Below, in pieces: positions 47,656 to 57,104 of a stretch of 64,000 nucleotides of DNA (position 1 is its first letter; the number at the start of each line of letters is the position of its first letter). Below the pieces are notes generated by a model, which was not told the origin of the DNA, did no database searches, and saw only the letters and a program-made list of their open reading frames with translations. The position numbers and the translations under genes are program-made. The stretch is from Lepidodermella squamata (Eukaryota > Animalia > Gastrotricha), in assembly GCA_047495785.1 (NCBI GenBank), contig JBLDXI010000028.1, positions 1,905,462 to 1,969,461 on the forward strand, read 5' to 3'.

Positions 47656-50600
47656 ATTGATTGGACTCTGAAGCGAGAGGTTTCAAAACAATTTCTCAAA
47701 TTCCGTGGCTGGATATTTCAGAAATTGATGATTTCTGAGAAAATTCTGATTTTACTTGATGTTGAATTTGTCGAAATATCGTTGGTTAATTAGTCTCCTG
47801 CCTTGGCATCAAAATTTCTTTCACGTTGCATTAATTCAAGGCCCCGACTGCACATGTTGATAAACAATGACGTTGATCTAAACCACTGGCGAATGTTATA
47901 CATCAGTAGTAAGAAATACCGCTACTAGCCCGATGGCCTGCCCAGAAACTTAGAACTCCAACTAAGCTGAATATAGATGACCTGATAACTCGAATTACGA
48001 ATTTCTCCCGGCCGGTTTTCAATTTATTTATATGCACTAATAATTTTTACAACGAACTGTTTACTGAAGTTACAAGTTTAGTATTTGTATAGTGACGCTC
48101 TCATCGCTTCCAATTATCAAAATCAGCGGTTCTCATGAGGGGGTTTGCGACCCAAAATTGGGTCGCAGAGGCTTTTCTGATGGGTCGCTAGGTGGACCGC
48201 GGGTCGCATGGGTCGAAAGGCAAAAACATGTAAAAAACTAAATAAATGATGAGATGAAATAAATAAATGAGATAAAAGTGGAAAAATTACTTATTATCGA
48301 ATTTTCCAGTGCTATAGAACATGCTTTTTCAACACTTTTAGCTCTGAAACTTAACTTTAGCCTACTTTTTAGTCAATTTTAACAGGTTTTGGAGCGTTTT
48401 TTAATGAAAAATCTTCAAAATGTCTTCGCTTCGCTCGTTTATTGGTTGAAATCAGAGCGTTGACAGAGTGGGGGGTGGGGGATCGGGAATAAAACACCCC
48501 CAAAGAATTCCTGAAAGTGGTTTCCAACTACAATTTTCCTATGAATCCTCCATATTCCACTGCATTTTAAGCCCATTTTCGGGTTAAAAATGCCAAAAAA
48601 GCGTCAGCTAAAGCTCGCTTCGCTCGCGAGCCCGAGGGTGAAAACTATCACCCCCAAAAAAATATCCTGGCTACGCCACTGGTTGAAATCACTAGTCATT
48701 TTGGGTAATATATAGCACACAATTTTTTTCAGCCTCGACGGCTGCAGGATCCATGTTCCAAGCGTTTCCAAAATTGATGCCTAAAAATAGTATAAAAAAG
48801 AAGAAAAATAAAGAATGTACCCCCCAAAATTGAAAATTATAAGCGCCAGGGTCGCACAATTTTCTTGAAAACCACTTTTAGGGTCGGGAACTGCCCAGTC
48901 GTGAGAACCACTGATCAAAATCGATACTCGAATCGAATCGAAATCAGTATCGGCTCTGAAATCGATAGTGTGGTCTATCGATTTAGCCTTATTATATTTA
49001 GCCGAGATCACACAAAAATGAATGAAAAATTGTTGCATACAGGGTGTTTCAGAACTCGCGCACTATATGAATAGCATGCGGCAAATGCGCGCGCATTGTT
49101 ATGCGCATACACTATTATACGCGTATACTATTTTACCTATAAATGTACCACACACTACTGTAGTCAGCGTATAAAATATGCGTAATACATAAATGTACAG
49201 CATACATAATAGCACTGCCGTAGTTATTTTCTGGTGGAAACCTTCGAGCCTCGATAAATTTGAGCCGAGTTTCATTGAATATCTTTTTTATTTCGAGGAT
49301 GATGTCATGTTTTTCTGAAACATGCTGATTGATTGGACTCTGAAGCGAGAGGTTTCAAAACAATTTCTCAAATTCCGTGGCTGGATATTTCAGAAATTGA
49401 TGATTTCTGAGAAAATTCTGATTTTACTTGATGTTGAATTTGTCGAAATATCGTTGGTTAATTAGTCTCCTGCCTTGGCATCAAAATTTCTTTCACGTTG
49501 CATTAATTCAAGGCCCCGACTGCACATGTTGATAAACAATGACGTTGATCTAAACCACTGGCGAATGTTATACATCAGTAGTAAGAAATACCGCTACTAG
49601 CCCGATGGCCTGCCCAGAAACTTAGAACTCCAACTAAGCTGAATATAGATGACCTGATAACTCGAATTACGAATTTCTCCCGGCCGGTTTTCAATTTATT
49701 TATATGCACTAATAATTTTTACAACGAACTGTTTACTGAAGTTACAAGTTTAGTATTTGTATAGTGACGCTCTCATCGCTTCCAATGACCAATGCCCCAT
49801 GGCGACTGGTTGATTGGACCGTGCGGACCGTGCGGACCGTGCGGAAAAGGAACAAAGTCGCGTGGTGCTTGAACTATTGGACGGGGAAATGGGCAGCCGA
49901 GTTCATTGGGTTGAGGAAAACATCCGCCTTCCTTAAAATTGTACTGATTCATCCTACTCAAATAAGATTGATGAATACTAAGAGTTAGATGAAAATTGTC
50001 CACCTGTTTAGTTTCCTGAGAAAAATTTTCCACAATAAGGACAGCCAAAGCAACTTGAAGAGGCGATATCACAGTCTCGATTTTTACAATACAGGCACTC
50101 TACTCCCATGAATAAGCGATTTGCCATGAATGATGCAATGCAGCAAAGCGTCATTTAGGTGCTAAGCAACCTCCTGTTTTTTCGATAATAAGCATAGGAA
50201 TAGAGAGAATTGCGAAGCGCCGAAGTTGGTAGCCGCTAAATAATTAAACAGAAACACAGTTGACGTAAAATGCGAGGAAGTACTGAAGTAGCTTAAACTT
50301 TCATCAATTTTACGCCATTTTTTTCCTGATTCGTGCACCATGCCTGGCCAGCAACCACCTAACGTAACTTGTGGTACTCACGCTAACATGCATAATCCTC
50401 AACATCCAACTTACACGGGACCCTGCAACAAGCAGTGCCAGCATCCTTGCGCAGGGAAGAAATGATCTCGACTCCACTGCGAGTGACTCAATTGACAGGA
50501 AACTAATAACCTCTCATTAAGTTTGTGTAGTTAGTGTTACTAAAACTGCTTATATTCACTATCAATGAGTGGGAAAGGCAAAGATGGCTGTGGTTGCGGT

Positions 50601-50815
50601 GGTAGTGGAAAAACGGACAGTGGCGCCAGTGGTCATGGCAAAACAGGATCGAAATCGAAATGAAGCCGCCATCAAAGCTGCAACGCATTTCAACTTATAA
50701 ATGTTAAAATGTTTCAATATATAAATTGGCTGATTACATCCATTATTTAGTTTGAACATTTGAACTATGGAACATTTAAATATTGAAATATTTTAATTTC
50801 TCAAATAAATATAAG

Positions 50816-51073
50816 ATGCTTCGTCGCAAGGTAATAAATCCCGACAAAATCAGCCAAGCAATCCATGAATATCAGAATAGCTCTAAGACAGTAGATAAAA
50901 TCGCAGCTGAAGTGGGACTCAGCAGAGGCACGATTTACTATCATTTAGGCAAACAACAACGCGTCTCATCGCTGAAGGGCGGTGGCATCAACGTTAGTCT
51001 GATTCCAAAGGATGTCTCTCATGTCGGCGGCAAGGAAGCTTACCTGCTAAGAAGAAGATTTCTCGGTAAATAA
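50816..51073 (+). CDS. Small helix-turn-helix DNA-binding protein
   Basis: KTVDKIAAEVGLSRGTIYYHL is a classic HTH signature. First ATG at 50816. Confidence 0.7.
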   Translation: MLRRKVINPDKISQAIHEYQNSSKTVDKIAAEVGLSRGTIYYHLGKQQRVSSLKGGGINVSLIPKDVSHVGGKEAYLLRRRFLGK

Positions 51074-51080
51074 TATAAGC

Positions 51081-51416
51081 ATGGAGAAAGGATTTCTTTC
51101 ATACACAGAGGTCGATGAAATCGTCGATGAGAAGGATCAAGATATTGACAAACTGAAGCAGGAAGTTGAGATTATCAGCGATCAGTATTCCTCGCTCAAG
51201 AGACAGTCCTCAAATACCCGTATTAAGACTTTGGAGAACGAGAAGGCTGTCATTGAACAGAAATACAGTGATTTGCTGATTGCAAGGGAAAAAGAAGATA
51301 ACGACCGTAAGTTACAGAGCCAGAGGCGCAAAGCTGAGCTGTCTGAACGGCGACAGAAAATGAAGTCAGATATAGAGAAATTCATAGCTGAAATGAGGGC
51401 GCGACGAGAAAAATAA
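51081..51416 (+). CDS. Coiled-coil protein, unknown function
   Basis: 111-aa ATG ORF, E/K/Q-rich heptads, packed between viral ORFs. Confidence 0.65.
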   Translation: MEKGFLSYTEVDEIVDEKDQDIDKLKQEVEIISDQYSSLKRQSSNTRIKTLENEKAVIEQKYSDLLIAREKEDNDRKLQSQRRKAELSERRQKMKSDIEKFIAEMRARREK

Positions 51417-51434
51417 AAATCGTTTTAATACTTA

Positions 51435-51689
51435 ATGAATACTTACTCGAGTGCCCAAGAAGAAATAATCTCATATATAAAGGTGCTTGTTAGAGAACTT
51501 CAGATCGACTGCTTAAGGACGAACACTCAGCTTCAACGCATTTTTGTTGCATTGAGTGTAATCGCCGCGTTGCTAGGGTATTTTGTAAATAGGGATAGAA
51601 TTAAAAAGCCTTCGACCATCAAAGGCAATCATGCTAAAGCAGTTAGAGCACCAAAGAAACGTGTGAAATTTTACTCACCTTTTCGCTAG
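51435..51689 (+). CDS. Small single-pass membrane protein
   Basis: IFVALSVIAALLGYFV followed by a basic tail. Confidence 0.55.
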   Translation: MNTYSSAQEEIISYIKVLVRELQIDCLRTNTQLQRIFVALSVIAALLGYFVNRDRIKKPSTIKGNHAKAVRAPKKRVKFYSPFR

Positions 51690-51690
51690 C

Positions 51691-52272
51691 TTAAGAGACG
51701 TTCACACCGTGCTTTTTCAGTTCCTCAAGAAATATTTGCGTGCGATCACAATTTAAACTCTTCTGGAGCAACCTTTTCATATCATGGAATTTCTCGTTTT
51801 CTCTCATGATTACCTGATACTCAGTGTCACTAATGTGGTTATCTTCCAAGGCTGATTTGATCATGTCGCCAATTGAGTTGGCTTTCGACATAGCAAGCGT
51901 GGCTATTCGCTCATGTTTTTCGGCTTTGCGTTCGAACTTCAAGTCAAGCAGGTTGAGAACTAGTATGACCATACCTCCCGAAGCTGCACTGATTTCCAAA
52001 AGTAGGCCTGTGGGAAGGCCCAGTGACATCAGTGCGATTCCACCAATCGCAAGCGATGTTGTGCCGCCCGTAATTCCATGAATAGTAGCTTTGCAAATTG
52101 ACGAAAAACGGGAATACCTATTGTAAAGCTTCTTTCTTTTCGATATTTCTGTGTTGAAAACATCATTTAGGCGCCGGAGCTCAGCAAGCCTGAACTCTTG
52201 AGTAGAGGACATTTGTAGTCTAGGGGCAGTGGGGTAAATACTTTCTACTGTTTTTAGCTGGTTGTCATTCAT
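51691..52272 (-). CDS. Adintovirus two-TM membrane protein (family annotated as 'gasderminX'-like)
   Basis: YPTAP...FRL...RKKLYNRY, Gly-rich hydrophobic hairpin, KHERIATLAMSKANSI...ALEDNHISDTEY pattern recalled from adintovirus ORFs. First ATG at 52272. Confidence 0.6.
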   Translation of the reverse strand: MNDNQLKTVESIYPTAPRLQMSSTQEFRLAELRRLNDVFNTEISKRKKLYNRYSRFSSICKATIHGITGGTTSLAIGGIALMSLGLPTGLLLEISAASGGMVILVLNLLDLKFERKAEKHERIATLAMSKANSIGDMIKSALEDNHISDTEYQVIMRENEKFHDMKRLLQKSLNCDRTQIFLEELKKHGVNVS

Positions 52273-52286
52273 TCTGAATGTATGTA

Positions 52287-52946
52287 TCACGTATTCTTTA
52301 GGTTAGAAATAATCAAAATGTATGACAGTTGTATGCTTTCGTCAGCTGCTGCAATAACCGTTAAGCTATCATTCAATCGGAATTGCTCTATAAAGGAACA
52401 GTATTCATTGCTACTCTCCAAATTAATATTGTTATAGTTGAAGTATTTCGAGAACAAGTTACCGTTGTTTTTGAAGAAATCAAGAGTGAAGGATGTGGCT
52501 CTGTTGTCGTCCAGCCGGAACCACATTTCCACTCTGGCTGTAACGTCCGCTCGAAACACTAAGCTATCGCTTACTTCAGGCATTCCGGAAATCATGTTAT
52601 CAAAACTTAGCTTATTCTCGCGCGAAAGAGAAACCTTGCCAGAGCATATCAATCTGGAATCCCGAATCGCGCCATCGTTTGGATTTATTGGTGGATGGAT
52701 GTTCGTGAGCCTAGCATTTTTAAAGTCAACAGTCTGATCGGATTGAATCATTAAACAACTTCGCTCAACCCAATTTTTACTAACAGCATCGTTGTCGAAA
52801 ACGGGACCACCCAAATTTTCGATGCAGTAGCTATTCGCGTTTAGGTTTGCCGCAAATGGAGTACTGCCGTCTGCCCTCAAATAAATTGCTGCCTGTCGTG
52901 CATTTTCAAACCATTCACTAGGAATGAATATTTCATTCGATCTCAT
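52287..52946 (-). CDS. Fiber/spike-like protein
   Basis: Two shaft-like repeats IENLGGPVFDNDAVSKNWV and LTNIHPPINPNDGA, followed by a beta-rich head. Confidence 0.55.
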   Translation of the reverse strand: MRSNEIFIPSEWFENARQAAIYLRADGSTPFAANLNANSYCIENLGGPVFDNDAVSKNWVERSCLMIQSDQTVDFKNARLTNIHPPINPNDGAIRDSRLICSGKVSLSRENKLSFDNMISGMPEVSDSLVFRADVTARVEMWFRLDDNRATSFTLDFFKNNGNLFSKYFNYNNINLESSNEYCSFIEQFRLNDSLTVIAAADESIQLSYILIISNLKNT

Positions 52947-53439
52947 AATGAGCGATGACTAGATTATACTTATTCCGCCATTGCCTCAGCGTCTTATCGT
53001 TAACCGATTTCACGTGTACGCTCTGTGCCACAAGGTCGTAGCCATGTTCCTGAGCCAGAGCTTTGATAACAAAGTCAAGGTGCATCATATTTTGATCGGG
53101 AAAGAGTTCTGCATAGCCCAAGTCAAACTTAATAAAGCTCGACATCAACCTCTCAAGTTGAGGAGGTAGCATTTCTATACCGCGCTTTTTAATTACAGTC
53201 ATTAAATGCCATTTTCGTTTGTAAGGTACTAATTTGAATGGCGGGGAGTGCTCACAGTATGGATAGCATAAACCGCAGTTTGGGCATACGTTGAAATTCG
53301 CCCTTTCGTCAAGCAAAAGTTCTGTGGCACACGCATCGCAATACACGTAAGGCATAGTAGAAAATGTCTTTCTCACTGATTTGGAATTCTCAAATATATC
53401 TATCAGTTTCTTCAATTCATCTTCAACGGACGCTTGCAT
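52933..53439 (-). CDS. VLTF3-like late transcription factor
   Basis: Zn ribbon CDAC...VCPNCG followed by PYKRKWHL (cf. the YKRxNHF motif of VLTF3) and C-terminal KTLRQWRNKY. Confidence 0.6.
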   Translation of the reverse strand: MQASVEDELKKLIDIFENSKSVRKTFSTMPYVYCDACATELLLDERANFNVCPNCGLCYPYCEHSPPFKLVPYKRKWHLMTVIKKRGIEMLPPQLERLMSSFIKFDLGYAELFPDQNMMHLDFVIKALAQEHGYDLVAQSVHVKSVNDKTLRQWRNKYNLVIAHYEIE

Positions 53440-53602
53440 CCTTTTTATCTACGATGGCATTTCTCTTTAACACTCTTATGAATTTATACTTTGTCATACC
53501 GCAGAGTGTACAAGATCCTGTCCTGATCGCTCTGTTATTACGAGTTGCTAATTGCTGCTCATTCACTGTATTAGTGTTTTTCCTACAATGCAGGCAATAC
53601 AT
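53423..53602 (-). CDS. 59-aa zinc-ribbon protein (DUF5679-like), not in the ORF track
   Basis: MYCLHCRKNT...GSCTLCGMTKYKFI. TCTA motif 14 nt upstream. Confidence 0.7.
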   Translation of the reverse strand: MYCLHCRKNTNTVNEQQLATRNNRAIRTGSCTLCGMTKYKFIRVLKRNAIVDKKDASVR

Positions 53603-53604
53603 AT

Positions 53605-54063
53605 CTAGCTTAACAATAGATTTTTCAGTAAGTCATCATTGTGCGGCGACCCAGTGTTATTGAAGTCCAGCAAAATAGCTAACTTATCCCTACCTTTAGC
53701 TAGTTCTCTTAGAAAGTAAATGGCATAGAAGCCACATGCAACAGAGCCAGGATGCTGTATATCGTGTGTGGAATACCAAATTACTCGTTTTCCACGACGC
53801 TGAATGATCTCATTAGGGCATATAAACCCGAAGCTATCGAAGTAGATTATTTCAGTCGACTTCACAGCCATTGAGACCCAATGACTTCCGCGGTTAACTT
53901 TATCGTCCAGGTTAATGACGTAATATCCTCGTTGAAGTGTAGCAGGAAGGTCGTCCCGAGCGTAACAGCCCTTGAAGTCGTTTCCGAGAAGCCTCTTTAA
54001 AGCTTCGGTTATCTCAAGATTGGATAGAGGATAAAACCCGCGATTTTTCAGTTTTTTTCCCAC
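53605..54063 (-). CDS. Adenain-like (Ulp1/C5-type) maturation cysteine protease; no AUG before the catalytic His
   Basis: VINLD...GSHWV, YFDSFG, Q...SVACGFYAIYFL. Confidence 0.9.
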   Translation of the reverse strand: MGKKLKNRGFYPLSNLEITEALKRLLGNDFKGCYARDDLPATLQRGYYVINLDDKVNRGSHWVSMAVKSTEIIYFDSFGFICPNEIIQRRGKRVIWYSTHDIQHPGSVACGFYAIYFLRELAKGRDKLAILLDFNNTGSPHNDDLLKNLLLS

Positions 54064-54626
54064 GGCATGTAAACCCCTTTTCCGAATAAGGTCGGAAGAA
54101 ATGCACCCAGTAAGCTTGATACAAGCGGCAATATAAAAGCTCCACCCTGTTGCTCTATGTGGCTTTTAATTGCCTTGCTACTGCCAGCAGGCACAATTTG
54201 TCGGGACTCCAGAAGCGAAACCGCCTTTTGCAGTTCATCTAAATCCTCTTTTGGTATTGTCAGCGACACGCCTTTGCCTACGATCTTGTCAGCTGCTGTA
54301 CTGGCGAGGGAACTGGCAAGGCCGCTCAGCGCTGCAACGGCTACAGGGGCTATAAATTTAGAAGCTGTGGCAAGCGCTGGTAACAGGAACCCGCCAGACT
54401 GATTCTTCCGGAGCTGAGTTTTGCTCAGTTTAATATCAAGCCCTTTCATCCTTTGTTTGCTCTTCATTACTTTATCTATCTGCCTTTGCGTCAACAACAA
54501 CTTGGAACCATTTGGATCTGCAAGAAGCTGATCAATTGTGAAACGCAATACAACTTGGCCTGGTTTTTGAAATGCTCTTCTCTGGGTCTCTGTTAGTTTA
54601 ATGTCGAATGGAATGTATTTAGTCAT
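54048..54626 (-). CDS. Virion core / membrane-active precursor protein
   Basis: Basic N-half (LTQRQIDK, IKLSKTQLRK). GG|FL and GKG sites flank amphipathic helices (GGFLLPALATASKFIAP; GGAFILPLVSSLLGAFLPTLFGKG). Confidence 0.7.
   Translation of the reverse strand: MTKYIPFDIKLTETQRRAFQKPGQVVLRFTIDQLLADPNGSKLLLTQRQIDKVMKSKQRMKGLDIKLSKTQLRKNQSGGFLLPALATASKFIAPVAVAALSGLASSLASTAADKIVGKGVSLTIPKEDLDELQKAVSLLESRQIVPAGSSKAIKSHIEQQGGAFILPLVSSLLGAFLPTLFGKGVYMPWEKN
54051..54057 (-). other. Putative -1 ribosomal frameshift slippery heptamer A_AAA_AAC
   Basis: Core ORF ends TGG GAA AAA AAC TGA. The protease ORF is in the -1 frame at this point. Confidence 0.7.
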
Positions 54627-54647
54627 TATTATTCTAAGTTAGAAAAT

Positions 54648-56021
54648 TCACAGCATGTTAAGGCTTATCTCGAGCTTATCGTCTTTGTAGTTGAAGCCTA
54701 TTTCTTTTTCCCTAAAAATGAAACAAAACATAACTAATGGCTTATCGACAGGACTGATTCTAGCTTTAAATGTGACACTCACGCTTTGGTCACCGCGTGA
54801 ATTATATATAGCACCGGCATCTACACTTTCCAGATTGAATGCCAGGAAACGGTAAAATCGACAAAAATCAAGGTAACTAAGCTGACTACCAGTGTTCGTG
54901 CTTTCGCGATCGTTGAAATGGTTCATGTTTTCCTTAATATAGTTATAGAGCCGGTGAGCGTTGAAGCGTGAAAAGTTCATGTTGGCCTCGGCAAACGCCT
55001 CCTTATTGTTTATCATGAGAGAGTAGCTGAATATATTCCATTGAGTGTAAATTTGTGTCAGTTTAGTTTGATACTCTGCGTCTGAGAAGTCTTGCAAGAA
55101 TACAATATACAGCCAGCTTGGTTTTTTCATCTCAGATGTGATTGTCCATTGTACTGAAGAACTATTCACAGCAAACTGGGGGCTCTGAAAGCATTCTAGC
55201 GATTGCCATTTGTAAACTTTCGTGAGACCCGTATTGAAAGCTTTCAAAATGCGTGCTCTAGTTTCAGGCATCAATGTGACTTCCGGAATAAACATATAAG
55301 CTGAAGAAATCTGGAAATGCATCCCTTCCGGCAAATCATCGTTTTTCCCTATGGCTGCGACTATGGGTTTGGTGTAATTTGGTGTTAATATCACTCGAAA
55401 TCTCGCCTTGGTCCACATCCCAAAATAATTTTGGAAGAAAGGAATGTCCCTTAAGTAAAGTGTGACAACCATCTTATGATCTTTAACATACAAGGATCTC
55501 AAGAGTAGTCCCTCGTTGCAGCTGTTCTTCGCAGGATCGAAACTTTCTGCTGTAACTTCAGGAGTCATTTCATAATTGACATGGGCTGGGTAGTCTCTGG
55601 CGAAAAGAGATTCTTCCCCAAGACTTCGCGCGTAGTCATCCGACCAGTGAATAACGCCCAGCAACGAGCTCCAGTGTTCGTTATAACGTGTTTGCTCTAC
55701 CTGGTTATCATTATCACCTACTTGCACTTCAACTGTTTCAAACATGGATATAACATGGTTCCTAATTGCGTACTTGTCGGTTGCTTTGAAAGCCTGACTA
55801 TCGTTTCGCCGGAACTCAACACTCAATTGAATATAGGCTTCCCTCGGCAATAAAAACAACTCACGCAAGTTATATGTAGAAAAGATAAGGCGAGAAGGCT
55901 GAGAGGGCTGATCCTGTATAAAACTTGTTGCACAAACCTCGGCCCAGCTTTTCCTTTCGAACTGCCGATCATCTATGGTCGGACTCTCAAAGAGACAGTT
56001 CACTATTTCGGATTGAAGCAT
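54648..56021 (-). CDS. Major capsid protein (double jelly-roll, hexon-like)
   Basis: 457 aa, beta-rich. LPREAYIQLSVEF, ISMFETVEVQV, QISSAYMFIPEVTL, KPSWLYIVF, FLAFNLE. Lies in the structural module. Confidence 0.8.
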   Translation of the reverse strand: MLQSEIVNCLFESPTIDDRQFERKSWAEVCATSFIQDQPSQPSRLIFSTYNLRELFLLPREAYIQLSVEFRRNDSQAFKATDKYAIRNHVISMFETVEVQVGDNDNQVEQTRYNEHWSSLLGVIHWSDDYARSLGEESLFARDYPAHVNYEMTPEVTAESFDPAKNSCNEGLLLRSLYVKDHKMVVTLYLRDIPFFQNYFGMWTKARFRVILTPNYTKPIVAAIGKNDDLPEGMHFQISSAYMFIPEVTLMPETRARILKAFNTGLTKVYKWQSLECFQSPQFAVNSSSVQWTITSEMKKPSWLYIVFLQDFSDAEYQTKLTQIYTQWNIFSYSLMINNKEAFAEANMNFSRFNAHRLYNYIKENMNHFNDRESTNTGSQLSYLDFCRFYRFLAFNLESVDAGAIYNSRGDQSVSVTFKARISPVDKPLVMFCFIFREKEIGFNYKDDKLEISLNML

Positions 56022-56040
56022 TTAAATAGGCATTAGATAT

Positions 56041-56340
56041 TTAGCGTATCAGCTTAAAGCCAGTTCCAGTGTAATTATCGATGTCTCTTTTGATTTTCTT
56101 CTCTAGCTCCTCAATAGCGTGGATAGAGCGCTCAGCTTGTTTTGCCGGCAGCACTTTGTCTGCAAGTTTGTTCGCGGCATAGGCACCTATTTTGTCACCG
56201 GCAACTTCCGCTGCCTTTGATAGAGCTGATTTGGCCAAAGTCTGAACCGGTAAGAGACCGGTAAATCTGTCGAGCATATTTTTTGCGATGTCTACATAAC
56301 CGCGTCCTACGACATATGCTTTTGTTCTGCGATTTTTCAT
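56041..56340 (-). CDS. Small basic/amphipathic core protein precursor
   Basis: VVGRG|YVD and YTGTG|F putative cleavage sites. Ala/Lys-rich helix. Confidence 0.65.
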   Translation of the reverse strand: MKNRRTKAYVVGRGYVDIAKNMLDRFTGLLPVQTLAKSALSKAAEVAGDKIGAYAANKLADKVLPAKQAERSIHAIEELEKKIKRDIDNYTGTGFKLIR

Positions 56341-56363
56341 TATAACAAAGTAACTAGAAAAAG

Positions 56364-57104
56364 CTAGCGAATATCAAGACCAATACCCCATTTTCTTTCA
56401 GTCATCTCCAGTGGTGCACCAGCCTGGGTGGTGAGCGTTATTTTTATGTTTTGTGTATTAGCATTCGTACAGGACAAGTAGCGTTTCTCATTTGGAACAA
56501 TGTTAACGTGTTGACCGAAATTTTTGTTAATCGGACAGGTGAAGATGACATCACTAACCTCCGGGACTAGGCTATTATTGACGACGTTACAGTGAACAAA
56601 CATCGAGTCATTTGACATCGTGATGTTAGGAATATGCTGCCCATTAAAATCTGCCCGGAATTCGCCTTTGTCTACACCTAGAAATTCAGACGTAGCATCA
56701 TGCTCGATCAGAAGAGCGTAACCTGGTTGAATTCGAAAGCTCAGTTTATTCAGAACAGTATTGACAGACAAGCTTATGCCGTAAACTTCTGAGCCGTCGA
56801 TGGTCTTGAAATGGCCGTTTCCCTTCATAACAAAGTGAATATAATTGTTATAATCACGAAAAGTGAAGGTTCCATCAGGAAATCGTATTTCAAAAGTTTT
56901 GTCTTCTGGATCTTTATATCTGAGCTTACTATTACCTGAAGCATGTGATACATTATAAAAAACATCGTAAAAGTGAATGTAGGAAACGGCGATGCTGCGC
57001 TTTGTGAAATCGATCTTATCATTCAGGTAACGATCGATGACGTTGCTGGCGTCCGACCTGTTATTGCAGTAATATTCCAAAGGCAGAAATATTGGATCAC
57101 CCAT
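56364..57104 (-). CDS. Minor capsid protein (penton, single jelly-roll)
   Basis: YNVSHASGNSKLRY, IRFPDGTF, SMFVHCNVVNNS, IKITLTTQAGAPL. Confidence 0.8.
   Translation of the reverse strand: MGDPIFLPLEYYCNNRSDASNVIDRYLNDKIDFTKRSIAVSYIHFYDVFYNVSHASGNSKLRYKDPEDKTFEIRFPDGTFTFRDYNNYIHFVMKGNGHFKTIDGSEVYGISLSVNTVLNKLSFRIQPGYALLIEHDATSEFLGVDKGEFRADFNGQHIPNITMSNDSMFVHCNVVNNSLVPEVSDVIFTCPINKNFGQHVNIVPNEKRYLSCTNANTQNIKITLTTQAGAPLEMTERKWGIGLDIR

Larger units (their letters stand above)
46441..49786 (+). repeat. 1672-bp tandem duplication (46441-48114 / 48113-49786)
   Basis: Apparently identical sequence at offset 1672 (ORF pairs 47109/48781 and 47193/48865). 2-bp AT overlap at the junction. Confidence 0.95.

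Noticed and set aside
47109-49074. Duplicated 85-aa and 69-aa ORFs
   Set aside because: They span MITE boundaries in non-coding duplicated DNA.
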